Position numbers and translations under genes: made by a program. The notes beneath the pieces are model-generated. The model saw only the letters and a list, made by a program, of their open reading frames with translations. It searched no databases and was not told the origin of the DNA. Of a stretch of 64,000 nt of DNA, positions 1 to 11,701 are shown piece after piece; the stretch's first letter is position 1, and every line of letters begins with the position of its first letter. This stretch comes from Azolla caroliniana (lineage: Eukaryota; Plantae; Polypodiophyta): positions 11,222,001 to 11,286,000 of the forward strand of contig JBHGNT010000002.1 in assembly GCA_043228905.1 (NCBI GenBank), read 5' to 3'.

Positions 1-636
1 GGAAGAAAACCACGGCAGCCCACACGCTGCAAACTATCACTATGTTGGAATGTACAAAACAGTGAGTTCACGGAGGCAACGACCTCGTGCTCACGATCTT
101 CGCCACAGGTGGCGGTTACAACAGAGGCATCGACCTCTTTCTTTCTCTCTCTCTCTGTACACTGTTACGTGCTATCTCTTCTTCTTGCACCAACAAGAAA
201 TTAACAACAACAATAAGTTTTCCCTAAGTCATATTTATACTAATATGACTTTTCGGCTATTTACAAATATAGCCTCGATTGGCTCTCAGAGACATATTTA
301 CGAATATGTCTCTTTGTCCGGTTCTCACCGGGTCTGTACCATCCGGTTCTCCGTAGCCGGGTACTCCTCATCCGGTCTTCACCGGGTCTGTATCATCCGG
401 CTCTCCGTAGTCGGGTACTCCTCATCCGGTTCATACCGGGTCTGCACCATACGGCTCTCCGTACCCGGGTACTCCTCATCCGGTCTTCACCGGGTCTGTA
501 TCATCCGGCTCTCCGTAGCCGGGTACTCCTCATCCGGTTCATACCGGGTCTGCACCATCCGGCTCTCCGTAGCCGGGTACTCCTCATCCAGTTTAGTTCT
601 TCTCTCTTTCCATCCGGAGGGACCTATCTCCCAACA
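1..636 (-). mobile_element. Ty1/copia LTR (partial, cut by window start)
   Basis: Ends ...CATCCGGAGGGACCTATCTCCCAACA, i.e. a TGTTGGG.. start on the minus strand. Shares the blocks CCTAAGTCATATTTATAC and GAAAACCACGGCAGCCCACA with the copia LTRs at 22980-23663 and 27747-28496. Confidence 0.85.
318..590. repeat. 54-bp (2x27) CCGG-rich tandem repeat inside copia LTR U3
   Basis: About 5 copies of CCGGTTCTCACCGGGTCTGTACCATCCGGTTCTCCGTAGCCGGGTACTCCTCAT. This explains the 18-aa periodicity of spurious ORF 50..691. Confidence 0.9.
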
Positions 637-795
637 CATAGTTATCGGATCTCGAATCACATCTCATATGTCTAGAGGGGTAAAGACATGAGATGCTTTC
701 TTGGTAAAGTTCTTACAATCAAAATTTTAAGCATTCATTTTGCTTGTGTATTTTCTGAACCTCCTTATTTATATTGCATACCCACAACTTGCATC

Positions 796-2264
796 ATGGA
801 ACAAGTTTTGAACGTTGTTGGAGCAATCTCTCCAACCGAAACCTGTCAACTCCAATCCGCATCTAGCACACAAGCTAAGATCACTATTGTGTAATTGCTC
901 ACTACTACCTTGAATCAATTGGCCGAAATGAGGCAGGCCAATATGGCATTGGAAAAGGAATTCTAAGAATTGACTATTGAGTCCAAGAAAGAAGGTGAAC
1001 CTTCTTTTGTATTAACGTCATTCAAGGGGGATAAGAAAGAAAGAACCAAGGAGGCCATTAACACTTGGCTTGGTCGTTGAGAGTCTCGCTTTGAGTTGCA
1101 CCCCAAGCCCGATGATATAAAAGAACTGTTGGGATTACGGTCCCTCCCGATGGGATGGTCGGATGTCCGGGAATCGGGAATGAAGACCCGGTTCCGGAGC
1201 CGGATGATGAAGACCCGGTTCCGGATCCGGATGATGAAGACCCCAGCTACGGAGCCGGATGATGAAGACCCCGGCTACGGAGCCGGATGACGAATGTACC
1301 CGGAGAGAGATCCGGATGCGGGGACATATTTGTGAATATGTTTGCCAAGGCCCCTTGAGGCTATATTTGTAAATAGCCCGAAAGTCATATGTGTATAAAT
1401 ATGACTTAGGGCAAACAGTTTTGTAGTTGTTGCTCATTTTTCTGTTTTCCACTTAGAGGGAGCGAAGTGAGAGCAGCCGAGAGAGAGAGAAAGGAAGAGG
1501 TTGACGCCTCTGTGTAATACCGCCGCCTGTGGCGAGGACAGCGAGCTCAAGGTCGTCGCCTTGCAGCTCGCCATTGTACATTCCCTGCGTATAGTGATAG
1601 TTGGAGTCTTGCACTCCCGTGGTTTTTCCCGTCTAGGGTTTTCCACGCTAAACCCTGTGCATTCGAGTCTCTCTCTGTGTTTTCGATTTACTGCTGCATT
1701 GATTCGTGTTTCCTCGGTTGTGGCCGAGAGGTGAAGGTTTTGGAAAGTGCCAATTTTTCTAACAAGAACTTAGGTGGGTTAGGTGGCCGAGTTGTTGCTT
1801 GGTGGCGTGACCTAAGGACTGCAAAGAACTTACCCACAACTTGGGAAGGTTTCGTTGATGTTTTAAAGAAACAGTTTTTGCAGCCACCTTCTCAAACTGA
1901 ACAAGCACAACACTTGCTCACATTGTCAAGTAAGCCATTTAACTCTCTCGAGGATTATGTGCATCATGCTCAGACCTAGATCTAAAAATTGAGACTTACG
2001 GATGAGAAATGGTTTGTTGCTTGCTATTTGAATGGTATTCCTAATGGGGATTACCATTGGATTGTCCATGACAAGGACCCCACAACTTTTGAGGAAGCCA
2101 TCAACATTGTACTTCGGTACCATAGGACTTCCAAGAAAGACCACAATAAACTTGAGTTCGCCAAAACTACGAATGTCAAGTTCATTGGGAAACGTAAGCA
2201 ATCCAATGACACTCTTGACCGCGACTCCAAGAAACCTAGGAATAACAAAAAAAGCAAAAAGTGA
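796..2264 (+). pseudogene. Degenerate retrotransposon (Gypsy-type) gag, split by a solo LTR
   Basis: Fragments ...ESRFELHPKPDDIKE | LGGRVVAWWRDL...PTTWEGFVDVLKKQF...SLEDYVH...WFVACYLNGI...PTTFEEAINI resemble the Retrotrans_gag capsid. Contains stops. Confidence 0.65.
1127..1764 (+). mobile_element. Copia solo LTR with 5-bp TSD AGAAC
   Basis: TG...CA ends. AGAAC at 1122-1126 and 1765-1769. Closely similar to LTRs 44567-45249 and 50904-51572. Confidence 0.93.
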
Positions 2265-2277
2265 GGAGCAACCACGA

Positions 2278-2660
2278 CGCGTAGCGTGTAGAACGTAGTG
2301 ACTTACAGTGTGTTTACTAAAGGCATAAAACTGGACACGATTACAATCAAGCTCCTAATGTGCATAATGACGCAACACGTATTCACCTTACACGATTACG
2401 CTTATACAATCACACAAAGACAATAGAGAAGAGACAACAGATAAGAGACAAAACTCAGAGAAGACCGAAACTATATTAAATGACTGTGCTCAGAATTGCG
2501 CTAGCTCTTTAAAATGTTCATATGCCCTTTATATATGCGGGGCCTAGTCGGTTACGCTTCCCGCGTGAACTATTACACGTGTTACTTCAACACTTCTATT
2601 ATAATTAATACGCTTCTTTATCATGCGTTATTTACGTTTGTCCTCTTACGGCGGACAACA
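2278..2660 (-). repeat. 3' LTR of Gypsy element A
   Basis: Starts TGTTGTCC on the minus strand, with TATATAAAG on the same strand. Collinear and highly similar to 22394-22776 and to the partial copy at 20720-20811. Confidence 0.8.
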
Positions 2661-2710
2661 CCTGGCACACCTATGGGACAGTGGCTTGGCACGTCCTACC
2701 CCTCCTCCCT

Positions 2711-5130
2711 TTACTCGTCTTCTAAAATATTGAGGATATTTAGCTCCGGGCACTCGTCGTTAGTTGTCGTGATTGCTGGCACCGTAACGTGGTTGGGCTC
2801 GTCACTTTGTGCCTCAATTGGCGCTTCCGCCTGTAGTCTCTCTATGGGTGGCTCTAGCCTTATATCTTCTTGTACTGCTTCCTGCACATTGACTGTCGTG
2901 GCTGGGACTGTGTCGTTGGGTACGGTCATCGTAGTCACCTCCAGAGTTCCTACCTGTTTGGTCGGGGTCTCGTTCTGCTCTGCGGAGTCACTATCTTGTG
3001 AGACTATGTCATTGGGTATGGTCGTCGTAGTCACCTCCGATGTGCCTGCCTGTTCGGTAGGGGACTCGTCCTGTTCTGTCGAGTCACTATCCTGTAAGGT
3101 GATGGCTTCCGCCTTCTTCATCTCTTCCATCCTTTGATGTTCACTTCCGATGTCGCACAGCTGGTGGAACACTTCTTCTTGACTTTCACCGAAGTCTTCC
3201 AATAGTTGTGCCATTTCTTCGGTGTGACAATCGGCCAAAGTTTGGTAATCTTGCGTAAGGTCCTCGCACAACGTAGCGATGCTTTCTTCTCTTACTTTAT
3301 AAAAACCTTTCCCCTCCTTATGCCGATTTTCCTAGTCCGCTCTATAAGCGTGGAGTCCCGCTACATGTGCCGCCCATCCAACCCATCCTTTATCTAATGC
3401 AACTTGTAGTTGGGCCGTAAACCATTTGTGCTTTGTTTGGAGGAAGGTGCATATACGATCCGTGCGCCAAGTCGTGTGGGCCTGTAAGTCCTCCAGAGCC
3501 TTCTTGAGGTTCTCAATTTTCTGCTTGTTGGCCACCGCTGCATCTTCATAATGCGTATTTTCGACTCCTTGTCATGGAGCCCCTCTAGTCGGCCCATCTC
3601 GTTGTTGAAGCGAATTTCGACACCCTGACAGAGTTTGCGCTCGTTCTCGAGTTGTTCGTCATACCACTCGCTCTTGTTTAGGGCCGCTTCTCGTAACGCC
3701 GAAATGATGTTTTCATTTTTTATTCCTTCTTCGTGAAGGTTATCCCTCTCTTCCTTTGTTCAGCCATGTGCTACTATTTTGGCATCGAGCTTGTCCTGAA
3801 TCATCTTTGCCGCCTTGCGTCCTTTTGCTCGGATGTCCGCTCTCTGTCTGACGACTGGTGGAGTTTGATCGAAGGCGGTTAATCTCCGTTTCGGCTTGTT
3901 GTGTAGCCTTTTCGCCGTTTCATTATTGTTGCTTGAGCCTCTACCTCCTCTCATAGAGTCGTCACTTCAACATCGTGGGAGGTAGTAGTCGGAAGGTGTT
4001 GCGTAGTAGTCGTGTTATTCTCCAACTTTGTGATGCGCTACTACACCTTATTTAATTGGTCCTGCCTGGGTTATTTTGACGTTTTTCCACACATTTTTAT
4101 TCTTAATTGCCATATCTTTGGCACGTAGACTAACCCTTGCCAACTCCCTATGGACCTCGACTAAGACAATATTTAGTGGAGAGAGTTCGATTCCAACACG
4201 GCGGACCCCCGTGTTGCGCTTCCTATCCAGTTTTGCTAGTGGTTCTTCATCCTCACTCTGCGCCATCTGTGTTAGTGCACGCTCAATCATTTGTTGTTCG
4301 GGGTGCTCCTAGGCCACTTGCTGAGTTATTTGTTCTGTCGCCAAAAATTCCATGAGTTCGTATGTCGTACCAAACTGCAACAATGCGCCAAACTCATGGG
4401 CCGTATTCGGAATGCCCGGATAGTTTAACACTTCACTTTCCGCCATGAGCATGCCTTTACTGCGTTGTGATTGTGCGCTTATGATCGGCTACGGCTCGTG
4501 AATGAATGCGAATGTGGAAGTGGGCTCCATGGAGGCGGAATCTTCGACCTGCATAGCCGTATCTTTTACCAGCCCGTGCTTGTCCTTTCTATCAAGGCGT
4601 CGACACTTAGGCCTAGGACAGACTCGATTTGGCTCTTGATCATCCTTCTCGGCCGTAGTTGGCACTTCAGTGGAGTCGACACGGTTGGTTTGTAGCTCTT
4701 CTTGCGTCGGAGCTGCTTCGGTGGTGGAAGGGTTCGGTTCTTCCTCCCATTCCGTTGTTGCGAGGTCTGCTAACCTCCGTTTCGCGGACCGAGGTGGAGT
4801 CGTAGGTCTCGTTGTGTCAGGGGTGGGAAGTCCTCGGGGAGGGAATAGTATGGTTAAGTATTGTTGTATTATTGGACATAGATTTTTCACGGCCTGAAAT
4901 GCGTGAAGGCCTTTCCTTGGCGTTGGGCCCGTGATTACCCCCTAGTCGATGGAGCGGGGTGTGCAGGTGCCTCTACTACCTGGATGTAGCCTTCAAAACC
5001 ATTTTCCAGGAGCCATCATCGCAGAGCTGAGGATATGGAAGTCGGCATATTCTCCTGGAAGCGATCGTAAGCAAAGTGGTTATGAGGTAGAGCACGTAGG
5101 GTACTCCGACTGTGGTGTCTGAGATAGGCA
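2711..5130 (-). pseudogene. Long accessory ORF downstream of pol (degenerate, coiled-coil and acidic tail)
   Basis: ORF pieces 4489-4890, 4048-4290, 3332-3597 and 2711-3271 lie in the pol sense. Homologous pieces occur at 22777-29220 and 36813-37560. A 32-aa tandem duplication (QDSDS.EQ.E.PT.Q.GT.EVTT) sits near the C-terminus. Confidence 0.65.
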
Positions 5131-5399
5131 GGGGAGCGAGGAACGGAGGGGCATGAGGAGAGCAAGGAGAGTAGAAGGCTTGAGTTTGTTTTTTGTAATG
5201 TGCAAAAAACCATCTGTTCTCCTCTTTTTGTGACTTAGGGTTCATGGGTCTGTGCATCATTGCGCTGATGTGTGTTCCTTTCATTGGAAAGTTTCTGCAT
5301 GAAGTACAACAATAGTCGTGACTGTTGTTTCTTCTTTTTTCTTTTTTCTTTTTTTAACGGTAAAGTACAACATTGTTGTTACATTTTCTACAAGTGAGC

Positions 5400-6676
5400 C
5401 CCATCTATTTGTCGTTGTGAGAGCCAATGGATGTGTTATGTTTTACAGGGCGAAACGGATTTGGCGGCTTTAGGTAGAACCTATTCACTTTCTGCCACAA
5501 TACTTCGCCTGCGAAGCTGCCTAATTGGAATGTCCATTTTCCGCCCCTATTATCCAATACGACCATGTCTAGCGGAACTGTAGCTTCCCCGACATTTGGC
5601 CCATGTGAATTTGGAAAACTAAAATCGCTTTAACAATTTTAAAATGCGCTTCACTGGTGTCGCGATGTCGGTCTACAAATGCTTTGCTGATCATGTTCCA
5701 GGATTGCCATATTGCGGACTCTCGCTTCACCTAATTCGAGTAATTTCTGTAGGTGAATTTGTTCAGACTGGCCTTCCGACAATTTTTCGCGGATTTGAAT
5801 GTGCAAGCTGGGTACCTAAAATTCAATGGGCATTATAACTTCCAGCCCAAACGCTAGTTGGAAGGGGGTTGATTATATGCTAGTCTTATAGCTCGTGCGG
5901 TAAGCCCACAAGGCCCTATGCAACTTTGTATTCTAGTCCGTTTTATTCTCATTAATGATCTTTTTTAGTATATTCTACAGCGTTTTGTTCGTCCATTCTG
6001 CTAACCCATTCGCTTTGGGATAATACGACATACTCTTCTTACGTACTACAACGTAATGAGTTGTGAGGTCGTGAATAACCGCATTCAAAAAATGGCTTCC
6101 TTGATCGCTAATGAGTTTTATCAAAAAGCCAAAACGGCACCAAATCTGTTCGTATAAAAACTTCGTCGTGGAGGCCACGGTGTTATCCCGTAATGCTTTT
6201 GCTTCTACTGATTTCGTGCAATAACTGGTGGCGACTAGGATATATTTATTCCCTGCTCGTGCCGCCACCGGAGCAAAGGGGTAGACAAAATAGAGACCCC
6301 AGTTTTGGAAAGGGTTGAGCGGAAGCACTAGCTGGTGCGGCATCCGGGCGAGTTTCGTGGGTTGGACCATGCGCTGGCAGAGGTCGCACTGTTTACAATA
6401 CTAATATGCATCCTTTTGTGTAGTCGGCCACCAAAGGCCCGCTTGCCACACTTTTCGGGCCGTAACATATCCTGTGCAATGGCCTCTTGATGTACCGCAG
6501 TGAGCTTCGCGTAAAACGACGCCCTTATCATCTTGCCATATACCGCGCGTCCAGATACCATCGCTCCCCTTATGGTATACTATTCTCTCAACTACACCGA
6601 AATTCTAGCTCCGTACTGTGAGTCTTTTCTTTTCGTCTATGTGTAGCTGTGGTGGTGGCAATCCTGTTGTCCGTGC
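5400..6676 (-). pseudogene. Gypsy integrase (degenerate)
   Basis: PFQNWGLYFV, YILVATSYCTKSVEAKAL, LISDQGSHF, YYPKANGLAE. Broken by stops and frameshifts. Confidence 0.88.
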
Positions 6677-7203
6677 GTAGCCGAATGAAGGAACCGGATT
6701 CGGAAGGTTTCTGGATGAGACTCGGAAACCGGATCGAGTGAGTCTAGATGGATCCGGTGGAAACCGGATCCAAGAACGTATGTGTAAATATGTTTTCATA
6801 GTGAGCCCATCGAGGCTATATTTGTAAATAGTCCTAAAGTCCTATAAGTATAAATATGACTTAGGGAAATCACTTTATGTGTGATGTATGATGAGAGTTG
6901 TTGATAGACTGTGTACACAGTGAGTGAGAGAGAGACACACACACACAGAATGATTTCTTTTCTAATTGCCGGTTGGCAAAGACATAGAGCTCGAGGTCGT
7001 TGCCTCTGAGTCTCACATTGCATTCCTCCCCTCATAGTGATAGTTGGAGTCCGTGGGCTCTCATGGTTTTTCCATTTAGGGTTTCTAGGAAAACATCCTG
7101 TGTCATCTCTGTGTTAGTTTGTTTTCTTCCATTTGTTTTTTATGACTTGGTTGTGGCCGAGTGCTATTTTCCGCACAAACTGGTAATAGAGCCAACAAAG
7201 GAA

Positions 7204-10200
7204 ATGGAAGAATAATTTTGCAGCATGTTCAAGTTCACCCGCTCCAACTGCCCAGTGTGGAAGTCGAAGATGAGGGACATGCTCGTGGTCAAAGATCTCT
7301 TGTTGCCGGTACAGTTCGGGGACAAGAAACAATATAAGATCGATGCCACAACATGGGAGGTGATGCACATAAAGACGACGACATACATACGGTGCTTCAT
7401 CGACATGAACCTGTACAACAACTTCAATGAAGAAAGTAAAGTTCATGTGGTCGGGGAGAAAATCAGCACCATGTTGGAGTGTAAAAACGCCGTAAATTGG
7501 GTTTCAATATTCCAGAAGTTAGTGAGACTCCCGTACCATGAGCTATCCAGCATGGCGGAGCACATGAACGCATTTCAGGGGCTCATAAATCAAATAACTT
7601 TGCTTGAAGTACCTTTGGCTGACAAGGTACTTGCATTGCTCTTGCTCGGTTCCCTCCTCGATAGTTGGGAGACACGAGTTGTCACTTTCGGAAAAGCCAA
7701 GCCGGAAGGAAAGCAGTTGTCCCGAGCAAGGGTAAAATCCAGCTTGTTAGATGAAGAAACTCGCCGGAAGGACCGGGAGTCCATAACTGATCCAAAGGCC
7801 TTGGTCACGGAAGATGACCAAAACCGGGGAAGAGGCCCGTATTGGAGTCCCCAAAACTGGGACAAATCGGGGATGAGGTCGAAGTCAAGAGGGAGGCCTA
7901 CTTGCTTCTATTGTGGGAAGCCCGGGCAATTCCAGAAGAACTGTCGGCATTTCAGGAAAGAAAAATGGGTCGAAACCACCGATCTGAAGAAGAGTGCAAG
8001 CCAAAGAGGTCCAGATCGGAAAGGAACGTCGGCGATAGCGACAAGTGAAGAAGAACTGATGCTCATTGCCAAGGAGAATGAGTTAAACCTTGTCGGTGAC
8101 GAGACAATGTGGGTTGTTGATTCCAGAGCATTATTCCATTTGACACCGGAACGGAAAGGCTTCTCATCCTACATAGCCGAAGATCACCGTTGTGTCTGGA
8201 TAGGGAATGAAGGTACATGCCGAATTTTCGGCATAGGAAATGTGTTGTTGACAACATCAACCGAATGCAAATTGCTGCTGAAAGAAGTCGGACACGTTCC
8301 GAACGTTCGGTTGAACTTGATATCAGTTGGTCGGCAAGATGATGAAGGCTACACGGGTAGCATCCTGAACAAAGTCATGAAATTCAGCAAAGGAAGCTTG
8401 ATGGTGGCTCGAGCCCGGAAGATCAACACACTATACCTGATGCATGCCCGGATATGTCGGGAAGAAGTGAACGTAGCATCCGGCATTGCCGATGAGCTAT
8501 GGCACAAGAGACTGTGTCATATGAGCCAGAAGGGAATGAGAAGACTTGCCGAAGACAACCTCATTCCGGAGGTGAAAGATGCCCATCTTGAGAAGTGCAC
8601 CGACTGCTTGGCCGGCAAGTAAAACTGAACCTCCTTCCGATCTAGACCACCAATGAGACGGGATGCACCACTGGAGCTGCTGCATACCGATGTGCGTCAA
8701 GTGGACACGAAGTCACATGCCGGATCACAGTACTTCATGACGTTCATAGACGACCACAACCGGAAGTTGTGGGTCTCACCATTGAAGACAAAGGATCGGG
8801 CAATACTTCCGGTCGAAGGGAAACCGGCTCGAATTTACCGTGCCGAAGACGCCAGAATTGAACCCGTTGGCTGATCAGATGAACTGAACCATAATGGAGA
8901 GAGTCCAAAGCCTACTAGCACATGCCACGCTACCCAAGACGTTTTTGGCTGAGGCGCTAATAACGACAACCTATGTCATAAATAGATCACCCTCGGCACC
9001 CTTGGAAGGAGACTCAGCGCAAAAAGTATGGATCGGTAAAGATATATCTTACTGGCATCTGATGGTGTTTGGTTGTCTCGCATATGTGCATGTCGCAAAG
9101 GGCAAGAGAGCAAAGTTGGATCCGAAAACCCAACCATGCATATTCCTTGGATACAGCGATGATGAGTTCGGTTACCAGGTGTGGGATCTCGTTGACAAGA
9201 AGGTGTTCCGGAGTCGGGACATAGTCTTCATGGAAGACAGGACCATTGTCGATTGGGAGTCAGAGAAGAAGGTGATGAACTATGGATCATCCAATGAAAA
9301 CTGGCTTGAGGGCACAAGGACTTACCTGGTTCAAAACTGGATGTTAGCTGGTAACCAGATGACACTCGACGAACCGGCCGGATTCAGACAAGAAATTGAA
9401 CCGACCAAAGAAGAAGAAGAAGAAGAAGAAGAAGAAGAAGAAGACACTGGGACCAGACACGATCCCGAATCGGACTCAGATGAGGAACAGACCGAGGAAC
9501 CGGTTGCCGAAGACCAAAGACAGAGATAGACTCTCAGGAAGAGAAGAGCCCCCCGGAGATTTTTGGATGCAGAGCACGTATTGCTGACCGATGAGGGGTA
9601 GCCATAAATCTTCGAAGAAGCAAATAAAGACACCACAACCACAACTGGTTGAGTGCGATGCAGGATGAGATGGATTCCTTGCATGAGAACCACACATACA
9701 AACTAATGGATTTGCCGAAAGGAAAGAGGGCACTCCGGAATAAGTGGGTGTACAAGCTGAAACTGAGAGACGCCGGAAATCCACCGAGGTACAAGGCCCA
9801 GCTTGTAGTGAAGGGTTTCTAGCAGAAGGAAGGTGTGGATTTCGGTGAGATCTTTGGCATGGTTGCAAAGGTGACATCCATCCGGACGGTATTGAGCATA
9901 GTAGCAAGCATGGACCTCGAGGTAGAGCAACTGGACGTCAAGACGACATTCCTATATGGCGACCTTGAAGAAGAGATCTACATGCATCAACCGGAAGGAT
10001 TTTAGAAGAAAGGGAAGGAACACCTAGTGTGCCGGATGAAGAAGAGCTTATACGGATTGAAACAAGCCCCCCAACAATGGTACCGGAAGTTCGACTCCTT
10101 CATGACCGATCCAGGGTACCAACAGATCACTACGTGTTTGTGCAAAAATTTGTCAGAGGCAACTTCCTAATACTCCTGCTATATGTGGATGATATGTTGA

Positions 10201-11157
10201 TCATCAAAGAGACCAAGTCAATATCTAAATGCTGAAGATGGCTCAGAACTGGACCTTCTCAATGAAAGATTTGGGTCCAGCAAGATAGATTTTAGGGATG
10301 TATATCATCCGGAACCAGAAGAAGAAGCTACTGTGGTTGTCACAAGAAAAGTACGTAACAAAGGTGCTTCAACCGTTCAACATGTCGGAGGCGAAACTAG
10401 TCGGATCAACACTTCCGGCAAACTGCAAGTTGTCTGGAACGCAGAGCCCGAATACCGAGGCTGAGAAGTTGGATATGACGAAGATACCATATGCCTCTGC
10501 CGTCAGAAGTCTAATGTATCTAATGGTGTGCACCCGGGCGGATATTGCATATGTTGTTGGAGTAGTCAGCCTATTCATGAGCAATCCCGGAAGAGAGGAT
10601 TGGAACGAGGTCAAGTTGATACTCCGGTACTTGAAAGGCACCTCGAGTATGTGCCTCCGGTTTGGCTCCGGTAAACCCCAACTTGACAGATTCACGGATT
10701 CGGATATGTCAGCTGATGTGAATACCAGTCGCTCTACATCCGGATATGTCATGAGTTATGCAGGGGGAGCCGTATCATGGCAGACAAGGCTATAGAAGTC
10801 TGTTGCACTATCACCAACAGAAGCGGAGTACATGGCAGTTGTGGAAGCTTGCAAGGAGATAATCTGGATGAAGGAGTTCATCCGAGAGCTAGGGATCCGA
10901 CAGGAGAAATACTGCCTCTATTGCGTAGGTCAAGTGACATCCACCTTGCGAAGAATGCAACCTACCATTCTTGGATGAAGCACATCCAACAGAGGTATCA
11001 CTAGATCCAGGACAGAGTAGAAGATCAAAACTTCGTGCTGACGAAGATCCAAATGAAGGAGAATAGATTGAATATGCTAACCAAGGTGTTGTCAACCTAC
11101 AAGCTCGACTCGTGCCGAAGACACATCGGATTAACTAGATATTCCATGCCGGAGTGA
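7204..11157 (+). pseudogene. Copia gag-PR-IN-RT-RH polyprotein, disrupted
   Basis: CFYCGKPGQFQKNC knuckle, WVVDSRA protease, WHKRLCH, ELLHTDV, LLLYVDDMLI, FTDSD. Many stops and frameshifts. Confidence 0.92.
9410..9442 (+). repeat. (GAA)11 microsatellite encoding poly-Glu in the copia IN-RT linker
   Basis: Read directly from the sequence; gives EEEEEEEEEEE in ORF 8894..9529. Confidence 0.9.
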
Positions 11158-11261
11158 AGGTGAGTTTGGTGGGAATTCGATCCCTCCGGATGGGATCCTA
11201 ATGAGAACCGGACGAGCCTGATCGGATGAGCCAGATGAAGGAACTAGATTCGGAAGGGTTC

Positions 11262-11690
11262 TGTCAGGAATAGTACTAAAACAGAGATGGAATTAGTACT
11301 AAGAAGAGTAGTACTATTAGTACTAAGAGGACGGGACTGCGTAAGATTCCCGAGAGAGAGGAAGTGAGAAGAGGAGAGAGAGAGAGAGATAGGATGATGA
11401 CAGCAGCTCTTATATTATATGAAAGATAAGTACAAATCGACTAAGAGGCTTAAGACTGGTGTTGAACCAATTTGGTTCAACATAATGCTTAGTGCCTTCT
11501 TTTATAGTGTTCTCAGGAATAATCCTGAAGCTTCTAGAATGTTCCAGAGAAATCTGGAATATACATTACTTTCTTATAATAAAACATAAATGAAAATAAT
11601 ATTCTATGAATTACAATAGATGGTGAGATGGTTAAGAGCTCGACCCATATACCATAAGGTCATGGGTTCGAGTCTTGCCATCTCATGACA
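11262..11690 (-). repeat. Chromovirus 3' LTR
   Basis: Direct repeat of 16499-16927. Confidence 0.97.
11618..11683 (+). other. tRNA-like cassette (A box/B box, hairpin) in chromovirus LTR U3
   Basis: TGGTGAGATGG (11621) and GGTTCGAGTCT (11665) start 44 nt apart. 11-bp closing stem AGATGGTGAGA/TCTTGCCATCT. Also at 16855-16920 and, diverged, at 43592-43650. Confidence 0.55.
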
Positions 11691-11701
11691 CTATCTCCCC
11701 C

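Noticed and set aside
50-691. 213-aa repetitive protein, and similar ORFs at 23070-23882 and 27837-28364
   Set aside because: They are antisense readings of LTR tandem repeats.
11618-11683. Functional tRNA-Met gene
   Set aside because: It has A/B-box-like motifs and a CAT triplet, but no canonical cloverleaf (7-bp acceptor, D, anticodon and T arms) could be drawn. Kept only as a tRNA-like cassette.
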